Below are positions 1 to 8,482 of a DNA stretch of 64,000 nt, in pieces (within the stretch, counting starts at the first letter, position 1; the number at the start of each line of letters is the position of its first letter). Origin of the DNA: an uncultured Gammaproteobacteria bacterium (GTDB lineage Bacteria > Patescibacteriota > Microgenomatia > UBA10105 > UBA927); the NCBI GenBank assembly GCA_964596355.1, contig CAZQTD010000003.1, positions 20,500-84,499 of the forward strand, given 5' to 3'. The notes under the pieces are model-generated. The model saw only the letters and a list, made by a program, of their open reading frames with translations, was not told the origin of the DNA and made no database searches. A program made the position numbers and the translations under genes.

Positions 1-11
1 GGGCAGCATGC

Positions 12-86
12 GGACCCGGCCGGATTCGAACCGGTGATCTCGTCCTTGACAGGGACGCGTGTTAGGCCAGGCTACACCACGGGTCC
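12..86 (-). tRNA. tRNA-Asp (anticodon GUC)
   Basis: Reverse complement reads GGACCCGTGGTGTAGCCTGG...TCCCTGTCAAGGA...GGTTCGAATCCGGCCGGGTCCG. Cloverleaf with 7-bp acceptor stem, anticodon loop CTGTCAA, T-loop GGTTCGAATCC. CCA is not encoded. Confidence 0.8.
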
Positions 87-92
87 AGAAAA

Positions 93-135
93 AATTGTCA
101 ACAATTGCACGTACCCCATAGCATGATAGCATAGG
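93..135. promoter_or_regulatory. tRNA-Asp/polX divergent control region: 14-bp perfect palindrome AATTGTCAACAATT (93-106, containing TTGTCA) and tandem ATAGCAT direct repeats (117-135)
   Basis: Seen directly in the sequence. Function is not established. Confidence 0.25.
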
Positions 136-138
136 AAT

Positions 139-1998
139 TTGAGCTTGGTCAATCGTTTTGTTATGATGGGAACGATGAATAACAGAGAAATTGCGCAATT
201 GCTTCGCAAGGTCGCTGCCGCGTATCTGATTCTTAATGACAACCGTTTTAAAATTATTGCGTATGAACGGGCCGCAGACAGCATTGAGCACGCAACAAGC
301 GAAGTGAAGGATCTGTGGGATGAGGGCAAGTTGGGAGATATTCCCGGAGTGGGAGATCAACTCAAGCGTCACCTCGATGAGCTTTTTCGAACCGGCAGAG
401 TGAAGCATTTTGAAACAGTGGTAAACCGCCTGCCTGCGTCGCTTTACCCGCTTCTTCTGGTTCCCGGCATCGGGCCTAAAAAAGCGTACAAACTCGTCAC
501 GGAACTGAAGTTGCGCAATGAAAAGACAGTGATTGATGATCTGGCGAAGGCGGCAAAAGCTAATAAAATTGCTTCTTTGGAGGGTTTCGGCGATAAATCT
601 CAATTCGATATTTTAGCCAACATTGAATCGTATAAACGCGGGCAGATAAAAGAAAACCGCATGGCGTTACCTGAAGCGGACGCGATCGCTCAAGACGTGA
701 TGAAGTATCTAACAGCGTTGCCTTGCGTTGCGCGTGTAGATGCGCTCGGCAGTCTTCGGAGGCAGGTGTCGACAATCGGCGACATTGATATTTCTGTAGC
801 GACCGACAAGCCGCAAGACGTCATTAAACATTTTGTGAACTACCCGCATCAGAAAGTCATTGAAAACGGTCCGACCGGAGCGTCATTGCTTTTGAAAAAC
901 GGAAGACAGGTGGATGTGCGCGTGCAGCACCCCAAGGCGTACGGCGCGATGCTCCAGTACTTCACTGGCTCCAAGCACCACAACATTAAGCTGCGCGAAT
1001 ATGCGCTTGCCAAGGGTCTGTCGTTAAGTGAACACGGTATTAAACCAATACGAAAAGCTTCCAGAATCACACATCCGGCATTACAGTACAACAGGGAGAA
1101 AAAGCTTTATGAATGTGCTTTGGAAGAGGACGTATATAAAGCCGTAGGTCTTCCGTGGATTTCGCCGGAAATTCGGGAAGACAAAGGAGAAATAGAGGCC
1201 GCGCGTTCGCACACATTGCCTCATCTGATAACCCGTGAGGATATCAAGGGAGATGTGCACGTGCATACAAGTTACAACTTGGAATCCTCACATGATGTGG
1301 GCGAAGATGATGTCATTGCATGTCTGAATCAAGCGGCGACATTGGGATATGAATACATCGGCGTCAGCGACCACAACCCAAGCGTTGGTACCCATACTGA
1401 AAAACAAATTGTAGATATAATGAAGCGACGAAAGGATTTTTATGAACATAAATATTACTCATGGGTACAAAAAGTATCCAATAAACAGAAAATAACGCGC
1501 TTGTTCATTATGTGCGAGGTTGATATTCTTTCTGACGGAACACTGGCATTGCCAAATCCGGCATTCGATTTTGTCGATGCTGTCATTGTTTCTGTTCATT
1601 CCGGCTTCATGCTTGATAAAACGTCAATGACTCGGCGTGTCGTGCGCGCCCTGACGGCACACCCAAAAGTGCGCGTCTTCGGCCATCCGACAGCTCGGCT
1701 TCTGGGTAAGCGCGAGGGCATCGAGCTTGACTGGAGAGAAATTTTTGCGGTATGCAAAGACAGGCACATCGCACTTGAAATCAATGCGTATCCCCAGCGA
1801 CTGGATTTGCCTGATACGATTGTCTTTGACGCGCGTCGGGAGGGTGTCGCGTTTTGCATTAACACAGATTCGCATGCGGTGGAGCAGATGAGGTATATGA
1901 ACTATGGCGTATCTGTCGCCCGTCGCGGTTGGGCTCAAAAAGATGATGTGGTTAACACAATGGAGTATAATAAGTTTAAGAAGTGGCTCGTACAATAA
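139..1998 (+). CDS. polX: DNA polymerase/3'-5' exonuclease PolX (Pol-beta-like nucleotidyltransferase with helix-hairpin-helix motifs, C-terminal PHP phosphoesterase domain)
   Basis: N-terminus MNNREIAQLLRKVAAAYLILNDNRFKIIAYERAA is typical of PolX. GIGPKKAYKLV HhH motif. PHP motifs HVHTSYN...SDHN...HP. The true start may be the internal ATG near 175. Confidence 0.8.
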   Translation: MSLVNRFVMMGTMNNREIAQLLRKVAAAYLILNDNRFKIIAYERAADSIEHATSEVKDLWDEGKLGDIPGVGDQLKRHLDELFRTGRVKHFETVVNRLPASLYPLLLVPGIGPKKAYKLVTELKLRNEKTVIDDLAKAAKANKIASLEGFGDKSQFDILANIESYKRGQIKENRMALPEADAIAQDVMKYLTALPCVARVDALGSLRRQVSTIGDIDISVATDKPQDVIKHFVNYPHQKVIENGPTGASLLLKNGRQVDVRVQHPKAYGAMLQYFTGSKHHNIKLREYALAKGLSLSEHGIKPIRKASRITHPALQYNREKKLYECALEEDVYKAVGLPWISPEIREDKGEIEAARSHTLPHLITREDIKGDVHVHTSYNLESSHDVGEDDVIACLNQAATLGYEYIGVSDHNPSVGTHTEKQIVDIMKRRKDFYEHKYYSWVQKVSNKQKITRLFIMCEVDILSDGTLALPNPAFDFVDAVIVSVHSGFMLDKTSMTRRVVRALTAHPKVRVFGHPTARLLGKREGIELDWREIFAVCKDRHIALEINAYPQRLDLPDTIVFDARREGVAFCINTDSHAVEQMRYMNYGVSVARRGWAQKDDVVNTMEYNKFKKWLVQ

Positions 1999-2013
1999 AC
2001 TGTCTCATTGTCA

Positions 2014-2054
2014 CATTGCTTCATTGTTTTTAGCCATGAAACCATGAAGCAATG
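2014..2054. repeat. 11-bp perfect inverted repeat CATTGCTTCAT (2014-2024) / ATGAAGCAATG (2044-2054) with 19-nt spacer, embedded in a cluster of CATTG pentamers (2006, 2014, 2022)
   Basis: Seen directly. Lies between the polX stop (1998) and the lemA start (2081). Confidence 0.3.
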
Positions 2055-2080
2055 AATCTATTTATTAAAGGAGGAAAATT

Positions 2081-2635
2081 ATGGCACCATTTGGTATAGT
2101 TCTTGGAGCAGTAGCGTTGATAGTGCTATATGTATTGGCTTTGTATAACGGGTTGGTTCGTGAATCAACAGAAATTGATGAGGCGTACGGACAAATCGAC
2201 ATACAGCTGAAACGACGGACCGATCTCATTCCGAACCTCGTTGAAACAGTCAAAGGGTACGCCAAGCACGAAAAGGAAGTGTTTGCCGAGGTAACAAAAG
2301 CAAGAAGCGCGCTTATGAGCGCTCGTTCGCTTCCGGCGAAAGCTAAGGCGGATGATATGCTCACTGGCGCACTCAAAAGCCTTTTTGCAGTAGCAGAAAA
2401 CTATCCGCAGCTTAAAGCGAATGAAACGTTTGTTCAGCTTCAGAAAGAGTTATCCGACACCGAAGACAAAATTGCCTACGCGCGTCAGTACTATAATACG
2501 CAGCTTATGGATTTGAATCTCAAAGTCAAGACATTCCCGAACGTCCTTCTTGCCGGCATGCTGGGATTTAAGGAGCGGGAATTTTTCAAAGCTTCGGAAG
2601 AAGACAGAAAGAGTGTTAAAGTGACATTTTCGTAA
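2081..2635 (+). CDS. lemA: LemA family membrane protein
   Basis: N-terminal transmembrane helix then LYNGLVRESTEIDEAYGQIDIQLKRRTDLIPNLVETVKGYAKHEKEVF, typical of LemA. Strong SD AAAGGAGG precedes the ATG. Confidence 0.85.
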   Translation: MAPFGIVLGAVALIVLYVLALYNGLVRESTEIDEAYGQIDIQLKRRTDLIPNLVETVKGYAKHEKEVFAEVTKARSALMSARSLPAKAKADDMLTGALKSLFAVAENYPQLKANETFVQLQKELSDTEDKIAYARQYYNTQLMDLNLKVKTFPNVLLAGMLGFKEREFFKASEEDRKSVKVTFS

Positions 2636-2712
2636 ACGTCGTCCCGAGATTGTCGAGGGATCTTAAAGCTCAATGCGATTGCTTCAGTTGTTGACTCCCT
2701 CGCAATGACAGT

Positions 2713-3612
2713 ATGAGCATCCATTCTCAAATCCGCTCGAATGTGACGAAAACGTATGTCATCATGGCGGCGTTCGTCGCATTTGTCGTCCTTGCCGCCT
2801 ATGTCATGGGGCAGTCACTTGGATATGGAAACTCTTGGATGTGGATAGCGGTAGTTTTTGCCGTCATTTCCAGCTTTGCCAGCTACTATTGGGGAGATTC
2901 AATCGTTCTTGCCATGTCAGGCGCGCGGCCGGCGGATAGAAGGCGGGATTTTGATTTGTATACCGTCACCGAAAACTTGTGTATTGCGGCAGGGTTGCCA
3001 AAGCCTCGATTGTATGTCATTGACGACACCGCAATGAACGCGTTTGCCACCGGACGTGATCCGAAGCACGCCGTCGTGTGCGCAACCACTGGACTAATAA
3101 GCCGATTGGAGCGAAGGGAACTGGAGGGGGTCATTGCTCACGAGCTTTCGCACATTAAAAATTTCGATACCAGACTTATGGCTGTTGTGGCGGTGCTTGT
3201 AGGAACAGTGGCATTTCTTGCTGACATGTTCATGCGAAGTTTGTGGTGGGGCGGCGCAAGAAACAGAAGAGATAGGGAAGATAGTTTTGGAGGACTTTTG
3301 GTTGTTGTCGGCGTCGTGCTTGCGATTATTTCTCCTTTGATTGCCACGCTTATTCAATTGGCAATCTCGCGCCGCCGCGAATATCTGGCAGATGCGTCGG
3401 CCGCACATCTTACGCGCTATCCGGAAGGACTTGCGCGCGCGCTTGAGAAACTCGGCCGTGACCGCGAGGTTTTGGAAGCGGCGACCAATGCCACTGCACA
3501 TCTTTATATCACCAACCCATTCAAGGACAAAAGCTTCGGCGCGTGGTTTGCCGGACTGTTCGATACCCACCCGCCGCTTCGAGATCGTATAAAAATCCTC
3601 CGCTCGATGTAA
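2713..3612 (+). CDS. htpX: M48-family zinc metalloprotease, HtpX-like
   Basis: HEXXH motif HELSHIKN, multiple transmembrane segments, and the conserved LemA-HtpX gene pairing. Confidence 0.8.
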   Translation: MSIHSQIRSNVTKTYVIMAAFVAFVVLAAYVMGQSLGYGNSWMWIAVVFAVISSFASYYWGDSIVLAMSGARPADRRRDFDLYTVTENLCIAAGLPKPRLYVIDDTAMNAFATGRDPKHAVVCATTGLISRLERRELEGVIAHELSHIKNFDTRLMAVVAVLVGTVAFLADMFMRSLWWGGARNRRDREDSFGGLLVVVGVVLAIISPLIATLIQLAISRRREYLADASAAHLTRYPEGLARALEKLGRDREVLEAATNATAHLYITNPFKDKSFGAWFAGLFDTHPPLRDRIKILRSM

Positions 3613-3626
3613 TATACTACGATCGT

Positions 3627-4958
3627 ATGACTTCAAGCGTGTGGTTTGCCATCATGGCAGGCAAAGTGGTTTCGTGGGTGAGTAAAACGCTTGGTTTGGG
3701 TGCGGGCGCCACATGGCCGGGAGAGATTGCGATCCGATTGTCGCCAAATATCTTGCATACTCTTGCTGGCCAATTTAGCCGGGGAGTCGTTCTCATCGCC
3801 GGAACCAACGGGAAAACGACGACGGCTCACATGCTTGCGGCGATTGCTAGTCACGAAGGACAGATTGTTGTCCATAACAAAAGCGGCGCCAACCTTCTTA
3901 ACGGCATTGTTTCTGCGTGTATCGAACACATGCGCATCGGCGTGAAGTGTGATTGGGGTATTTTTGAAGTGGATGAAAATTCGCTTCACATTGTGCTTCG
4001 GTATGTACGGCCCAAAGTAATAGTGCTTCTAAACCTTTTCCGTGATCAGCTGGACCGGTATGGAGAAATTGACGTTATTGCGGAAAAGTGGGAACGGGCG
4101 ATAGCGAAGCTGGATAAACAAACTACGCTTATCCTCAACTGCGATGATCCGCTTATTGCGCACTTGGGGAAGCGCGCCGGCATCCATGCATGGTACTTTG
4201 GACTGAATGACAATACGCAAAAGCGTGTCCAAGCAGAACATGCGATGGACTCTGCGTTTTGTATGACGTGCGGGTCGAGATTATCATATAAAACCGTGTA
4301 TTTTTCTCACATTGGCGATTGGTTTTGCGCGAAATGCCACACGCAGCGGCCAAAACCGCATTTGGACACGTTTCCTTCGCCACTGCCCGGACTTTATAAC
4401 CGCTATAATACGCTCGCAGCCGTGCTTGCCGCTTACGCGATGGGCGTCGGGGATAAGGAAGTTCGCGAAGCGCTTTCATTGTTTACTCCTGCCTTTGGGA
4501 GACAGGAAGAGTGTGTCGTGGGGAACAAGAAGGTGAAAATCTTTCTGTCGAAAAACCCCGCCGGATTTAACGCGTCGCTTCGGACAGTATTGGAGGACAA
4601 TCCCAAGGCGTTGCTGTTTGTTCTAAACGACCGCATTCCCGACGGCAGAGATGTAAGCTGGATATGGGATGTGGATATTGAGGAGATCGCGGAATCGCCG
4701 CTGATAATAGTTTCCGGCGATCGGGTGTATGACATGGCCCTGCGCATCAAATATGCCAAGAAGCCTCAACTCGCAAGTTCCAAATTTCAGACACATTCGA
4801 AAGTGCAAGCTCAAAACTTGATGGTTTACGAAGATTTAAAAGGGGCCATACACGCAGGTTTGGATGCATTAGCCAATGGTGAAACGCTGAACGTGCTTGC
4901 GACGTATTCAGCGATGCTGGAGGTGAGGAAAATACTCAAAGGCAGGAAAATAGCATAA
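3627..4958 (+). CDS. murT: Lipid II isoglutaminyl synthase subunit MurT (Mur-ligase-like)
   Basis: Mur ligase P-loop LIAGTNGKTTTAHM. Cys4 ribbon CMTCGSRL...CAKCH. DUF1727-like C-terminus with DGRDVSWIWDVD. Start moved to the ATG at 3627 because the track ORF from 3543 overlaps htpX. Confidence 0.8.
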   Translation: MTSSVWFAIMAGKVVSWVSKTLGLGAGATWPGEIAIRLSPNILHTLAGQFSRGVVLIAGTNGKTTTAHMLAAIASHEGQIVVHNKSGANLLNGIVSACIEHMRIGVKCDWGIFEVDENSLHIVLRYVRPKVIVLLNLFRDQLDRYGEIDVIAEKWERAIAKLDKQTTLILNCDDPLIAHLGKRAGIHAWYFGLNDNTQKRVQAEHAMDSAFCMTCGSRLSYKTVYFSHIGDWFCAKCHTQRPKPHLDTFPSPLPGLYNRYNTLAAVLAAYAMGVGDKEVREALSLFTPAFGRQEECVVGNKKVKIFLSKNPAGFNASLRTVLEDNPKALLFVLNDRIPDGRDVSWIWDVDIEEIAESPLIIVSGDRVYDMALRIKYAKKPQLASSKFQTHSKVQAQNLMVYEDLKGAIHAGLDALANGETLNVLATYSAMLEVRKILKGRKIA

Positions 4959-4988
4959 AGAGTACAGTGCTTTGAGCTGAAAACCGCT

Positions 4989-5741
4989 TTGAGAGATATG
5001 AACTACAGATTGAATATTGCGTGGCTTTACCCCGATCTTATGAGTACTTACGGAGACCGCGGGAACGTGATCGTGCTTAAAAACCGCTGCATTTGGCGCG
5101 GGATTGATGCCGCCATCATCCATGTTACGCTTGAGACGTCTTTAAGACTTCTGCGCGCGTGTGACATTATTTTTATGGGTGGAGCGCAGGACCGGCAGCA
5201 GAAGCTTGCAAGCCATGACTTTTTGGGAAACAAAGCGCCGGTTATTAAAGACATGGTGGAAAGAGGTGTGCCCGCTCTTTTTGTCTGCGCCGCGTACCAG
5301 TTTGTTGGACACTTCTATCGACCATATAAAGGGGCTGTAATTCCGGGAGCTGGCATCTTTGATCTGGCTACCCATCACCCCGGAGATCAGGCAAAGCGCT
5401 TAATAGGCAATGTGGTCGCCGAGCTTATTCACCCCGCTGAACTCAAGGGCAAAACCGTCGTTGGGTTTGAAAATCATGGAGGGAGAACGAAATTAGGTCT
5501 AGCGATGCAACCGCTTGCCCGAGTAATTAAAGGGAATGGCAACAATGGACAGGATGGATTTGAAGGCGCGGTGTACAAAAATTCCATCGGCAGTTACTTC
5601 CACGGCCCTCTTCTTCCTAAAAATCCTCATGTAGCAGATTGGCTGATTGCGAAATCATTAGAAGTTAAATACAAAAAAGCGATACAATTAACGCCGCTTG
5701 ACGATGCGTTGGAATGGAAAGCACATAAATCAGTACTATAG
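4989..5741 (+). CDS. gatD: Lipid II isoglutaminyl synthase glutaminase subunit GatD (CobB/CobQ-type glutamine amidotransferase)
   Basis: N-terminus LNIAWLYPDLMSTYGDRGNVIVLK and catalytic Cys context FVCAAYQF. Sits directly downstream of murT. Confidence 0.75.
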   Translation: MRDMNYRLNIAWLYPDLMSTYGDRGNVIVLKNRCIWRGIDAAIIHVTLETSLRLLRACDIIFMGGAQDRQQKLASHDFLGNKAPVIKDMVERGVPALFVCAAYQFVGHFYRPYKGAVIPGAGIFDLATHHPGDQAKRLIGNVVAELIHPAELKGKTVVGFENHGGRTKLGLAMQPLARVIKGNGNNGQDGFEGAVYKNSIGSYFHGPLLPKNPHVADWLIAKSLEVKYKKAIQLTPLDDALEWKAHKSVL

Positions 5742-5792
5742 GAACCTTTAAAGGTCCGACCCTGCAAGGTGTCTATAGGGTATAATGTGAGT

Positions 5793-6503
5793 ATGGCAGA
5801 TGAGGAAGTTCAAGATCTTCGACAAGAACTATCATTTCTGTATCGCGTCGTCCAGAGCGTACATAGCCTTGAACTTGCGGAGGTTCTTAAGCAAATTGTG
5901 GATGTTGCCTACACGGCAACGAAAGCAGATTCGGTACTTGTTTACATAGTAGATCCCAAAAAACAGCAACTAGTGTTGAGAGCGTCAAAGAATCCCCGCG
6001 AGAACTTGTTTCATAAAATAACCATGAAAATGGGAGAAGGAATTACCGGGTGGGTGGCGCGTGAAAAGAAGGCTGTGGCAATTTCAGCTGGGGCCAATAA
6101 GGATCCACGGTTTAAATTTTTCCGGAGTCTCCCCGAGGACACGTTTGAAGCGTTTTTATCCGTCCCGATTATCAATAAACGCGGCGTCGTGGGGGTCATC
6201 AACGTGCAGCACGAAAAACCGCATACACACACGCGAATGGAAGTTAACTTACTTACCGCAATTGGTAAATTGGTGGGCGGTGCGGTGGAAAACGCACTGC
6301 TCATTGAGGAAACGCTCGCACTGAAGGACGCGCTTATTCTGCGCAAACTTATCGAAAAGGCAAAGGGGATTTTGATGAAGCGTCGGGGGCTTACGGAAGA
6401 ACAAGCGTTTTCGATGCTGCAAAAGCAAAGCATGAATTCCGGCAAGTCAATGAAGGATATCGCTGACGCCGTTATCACCGTAGACGCACTGCAGCTTCGC
6501 TGA
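5793..6503 (+). CDS. GAF-domain sensor fused to a C-terminal ANTAR RNA-binding antiterminator domain
   Basis: The C-terminal LILRKLIEKAKGILMKRRGLTEEQAFSMLQKQSMNSGKSMKDIADAVI matches the ANTAR helix pattern. The N-terminal ~150 aa are GAF-like. A TATAAT hexamer (5781-5786) lies 6 nt before the ATG at 5793, so the mRNA is probably leaderless. The track start at 5769 is a GTG. Confidence 0.8.
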   Translation: MADEEVQDLRQELSFLYRVVQSVHSLELAEVLKQIVDVAYTATKADSVLVYIVDPKKQQLVLRASKNPRENLFHKITMKMGEGITGWVAREKKAVAISAGANKDPRFKFFRSLPEDTFEAFLSVPIINKRGVVGVINVQHEKPHTHTRMEVNLLTAIGKLVGGAVENALLIEETLALKDALILRKLIEKAKGILMKRRGLTEEQAFSMLQKQSMNSGKSMKDIADAVITVDALQLR

Positions 6504-6506
6504 TAC

Positions 6507-6540
6507 TATTCTCATATATTAATATATGAGAATAATTTTG
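6507..6540 (+). terminator. AT-rich 28-bp perfect palindrome TATTCTCATATATT|AATATATGAGAATA followed by ATTTTG; possible intrinsic terminator of the GAF-ANTAR gene or an operator upstream of the glnA promoter
   Basis: Seen directly, 4 nt after the stop at 6503. Confidence 0.4.
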
Positions 6541-6544
6541 GGTA

Positions 6545-6574
6545 TTGACAAGTGACAGCGATGTTTTTTATTGT
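6545..6574 (+). promoter_or_regulatory. Sigma70-like promoter TTGACA-18-TATTGT for the glnA leader
   Basis: Hexamer match and spacing. Predicted transcription start near 6581. Confidence 0.4.
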
Positions 6575-6584
6575 AGTACATAAG

Positions 6585-6651
6585 ATCGCAACGAAGCGAT
6601 TGAATAGAGGGTAGACACTGTCGTCCCGCCTGAAAGGCGGGATTTATCGTT
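6585..6651 (+). promoter_or_regulatory. Candidate ANTAR-regulated antitermination switch in the glnA leader
   Basis: Hairpin P1 ATCGC-AACGAA-GCGAT (6585-6600) and hairpin P2 GAC-ACTGTC-GTC (6614-6625) both have hexaloops with A at position 1 and G at position 4. P2 abuts the intrinsic terminator TCCCGCC-TGAAA-GGCGGGA (6624-6642), which is followed by TTTATCGTT. Confidence 0.5.
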
Positions 6652-6784
6652 ATGAAGCCTGGCTCATCTTTCTTCTTGCATTACGTACTATTTGTAGCGC
6701 GGGTCGAAGAGCGATCATCGGCAGGTCTAAGAAGCGCTAAACTCTCGCAAACGCGTTTGTTAAGCGCTTCTAAGAGAGGATTCT

Positions 6785-8131
6785 ATGGCGAAAGATGACG
6801 TCAAAGAAGTGCTTGCACGTGTAAAAAACGATAACGTCACGTTTGTTGATTTGCAGTTTAATGATTTCCTTGGCAATGTAAAAAGTTCAACGATTCCTGC
6901 CTATAATTTGGAAGACGCCCTGACGCACGGCGTATGGATTGACGGGTCGTCCATAGAAGGATTTGCACGCATTCATGAGTCGGACATGTATCTTATGCCG
7001 GATCCAGCCACTTACTCCCTTCTTCCATGGCGAAACAATATAGAAACAGGTAGGGTAGCGCGGCTTATCTGTGACGTGTATACTCCTAATCACGAACCAT
7101 TTGAGGGCGATCCGCGCGTGATTTTGAAGCGGACGCTTCGTGAGGCAAACGCATTGGGGTACGAGTATTATACCGGCCCAGAATGCGAATTTTTTCTGTT
7201 TCCGAAGGATCACGAAGGAAACATCCGGCGCGAGACCCGCGGCAACGGGTATTACTTCACGCTCATTATGGATGAGTCCTATACAGTCAAGCGCTCTATT
7301 ATGGAAGCGCTGGATGCCATGGGTATTGGTACGGAAACGAGCACGCATGAGGTAGCAGATAATCAGCATGAGATTGATATACGGTATGACCAAGCGCTGA
7401 AAACCGCAGACAACACGGCGACGCTTATCACTGCAGTTAAATTTATCGCTTACAAATACAATTATCATGCGACGTTCATGGCAAAGCCGTTTTTTGGCGT
7501 CAACGGCAGCGGGATGCATACACATCAAAGTCTGTGGAAGGGAGAAAAAAATGCGTTTTACGATTGCAAAGATAAATATGGACTTTCTCGTGTAGCCTAT
7601 CACTTTTTGGCAGGGCAACTTGCCTATGCGCGTGAAATTGCAGGCGTATTTGCGCCGACGGTCAATTCCTACAAACGCGTAACTCCCGGCTATGAAGCGC
7701 CTGCGTATGTCTGCTGGGCGCGGATAAACCGCTCTGCCCTCATACGGGTGCCGAAGGTATCCAAGGGGCTTGAGGATAAAGGAACGAGGCTTGAAATTCG
7801 TTGTCCGGATCCGTCGGGGAGTCCCTATCTGTTGTTTGCAGTGCTTCTCAAAGCAGGACTTGAGGGGATAAAAAAGAATATGAAAGCGCCCGATCCGGTT
7901 GAGGAGAATTTGTTTGAGTTTGATGACGCGAAGTTGTCCACATACTACATTACCAAATTGCCGGGAAGTTTGGGCGACGCTATTGATGAGATGAACAATG
8001 GTAGCGTTGTACGCGAAACGTTTGGTGATTATTCGTTCCATCGATATATCGAAGCCAAAACCGAGGAATGGGACAGCTTCCGACGGTGGGTAACAGATTG
8101 GGAGATTGAGCGGTACCTCACGACCATCTAG
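6785..8131 (+). CDS. glnA: Glutamine synthetase, type I
   Basis: N-terminus and catalytic-region motifs are typical of GSI. Length 448 aa. SD AAGAGAGGA. Confidence 0.9.
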   Translation: MAKDDVKEVLARVKNDNVTFVDLQFNDFLGNVKSSTIPAYNLEDALTHGVWIDGSSIEGFARIHESDMYLMPDPATYSLLPWRNNIETGRVARLICDVYTPNHEPFEGDPRVILKRTLREANALGYEYYTGPECEFFLFPKDHEGNIRRETRGNGYYFTLIMDESYTVKRSIMEALDAMGIGTETSTHEVADNQHEIDIRYDQALKTADNTATLITAVKFIAYKYNYHATFMAKPFFGVNGSGMHTHQSLWKGEKNAFYDCKDKYGLSRVAYHFLAGQLAYAREIAGVFAPTVNSYKRVTPGYEAPAYVCWARINRSALIRVPKVSKGLEDKGTRLEIRCPDPSGSPYLLFAVLLKAGLEGIKKNMKAPDPVEENLFEFDDAKLSTYYITKLPGSLGDAIDEMNNGSVVRETFGDYSFHRYIEAKTEEWDSFRRWVTDWEIERYLTTI

Positions 8132-8176
8132 TTTCCTCGTTTGTTAGCTGCGAGTGTTAGAGTATAATGGGAGCGT

Positions 8177-8482
8177 ATGACACTCTCGTTTACAAGAGGC
8201 GACGTCCGTCGGATCGCCGAACTTGCACACGTTCCTATTACCGCAGAAGAAGAGCAACAGCTAGCAGATGCGTTTACAAAAACGATGACAGTGGTTGATG
8301 AGCTAACAAAACTCGATCTGACAGAAGTTGACGAATACAGTCCGATCGGGCTTGTGAACCAATTTCGGCCGGACGAGGTTGATACGTCCCGCATGTTTAC
8401 CCAGGAGCAAGCGCTTTCAAATGCCAAACGAACCCATGATGGATATTTTGTCGTGGGGCAAGTGATTAATCGGGAACCATGA
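8177..8482 (+). CDS. gatC: Asp-tRNA(Asn)/Glu-tRNA(Gln) amidotransferase subunit C
   Basis: About 100 aa with the typical GatC sequence. ATGA overlap with gatA. Confidence 0.85.
   Translation: MTLSFTRGDVRRIAELAHVPITAEEEQQLADAFTKTMTVVDELTKLDLTEVDEYSPIGLVNQFRPDEVDTSRMFTQEQALSNAKRTHDGYFVVGQVINREP

Noticed and set aside
6887-8041. 384-aa ORF antisense to glnA (also long antisense ORFs inside the phosphomannomutase gene at 50321-51388, ppsA at 53792-54460, dnaE at 13315-14073, the bifunctional PGI/PMI gene at 51802-52506, atpE/atpF at 15649-16356)
   Set aside because: These lie entirely inside strongly supported genes on the opposite strand. They have low-complexity, Arg/Cys-rich composition and no motifs. 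They are typical shadow ORFs.
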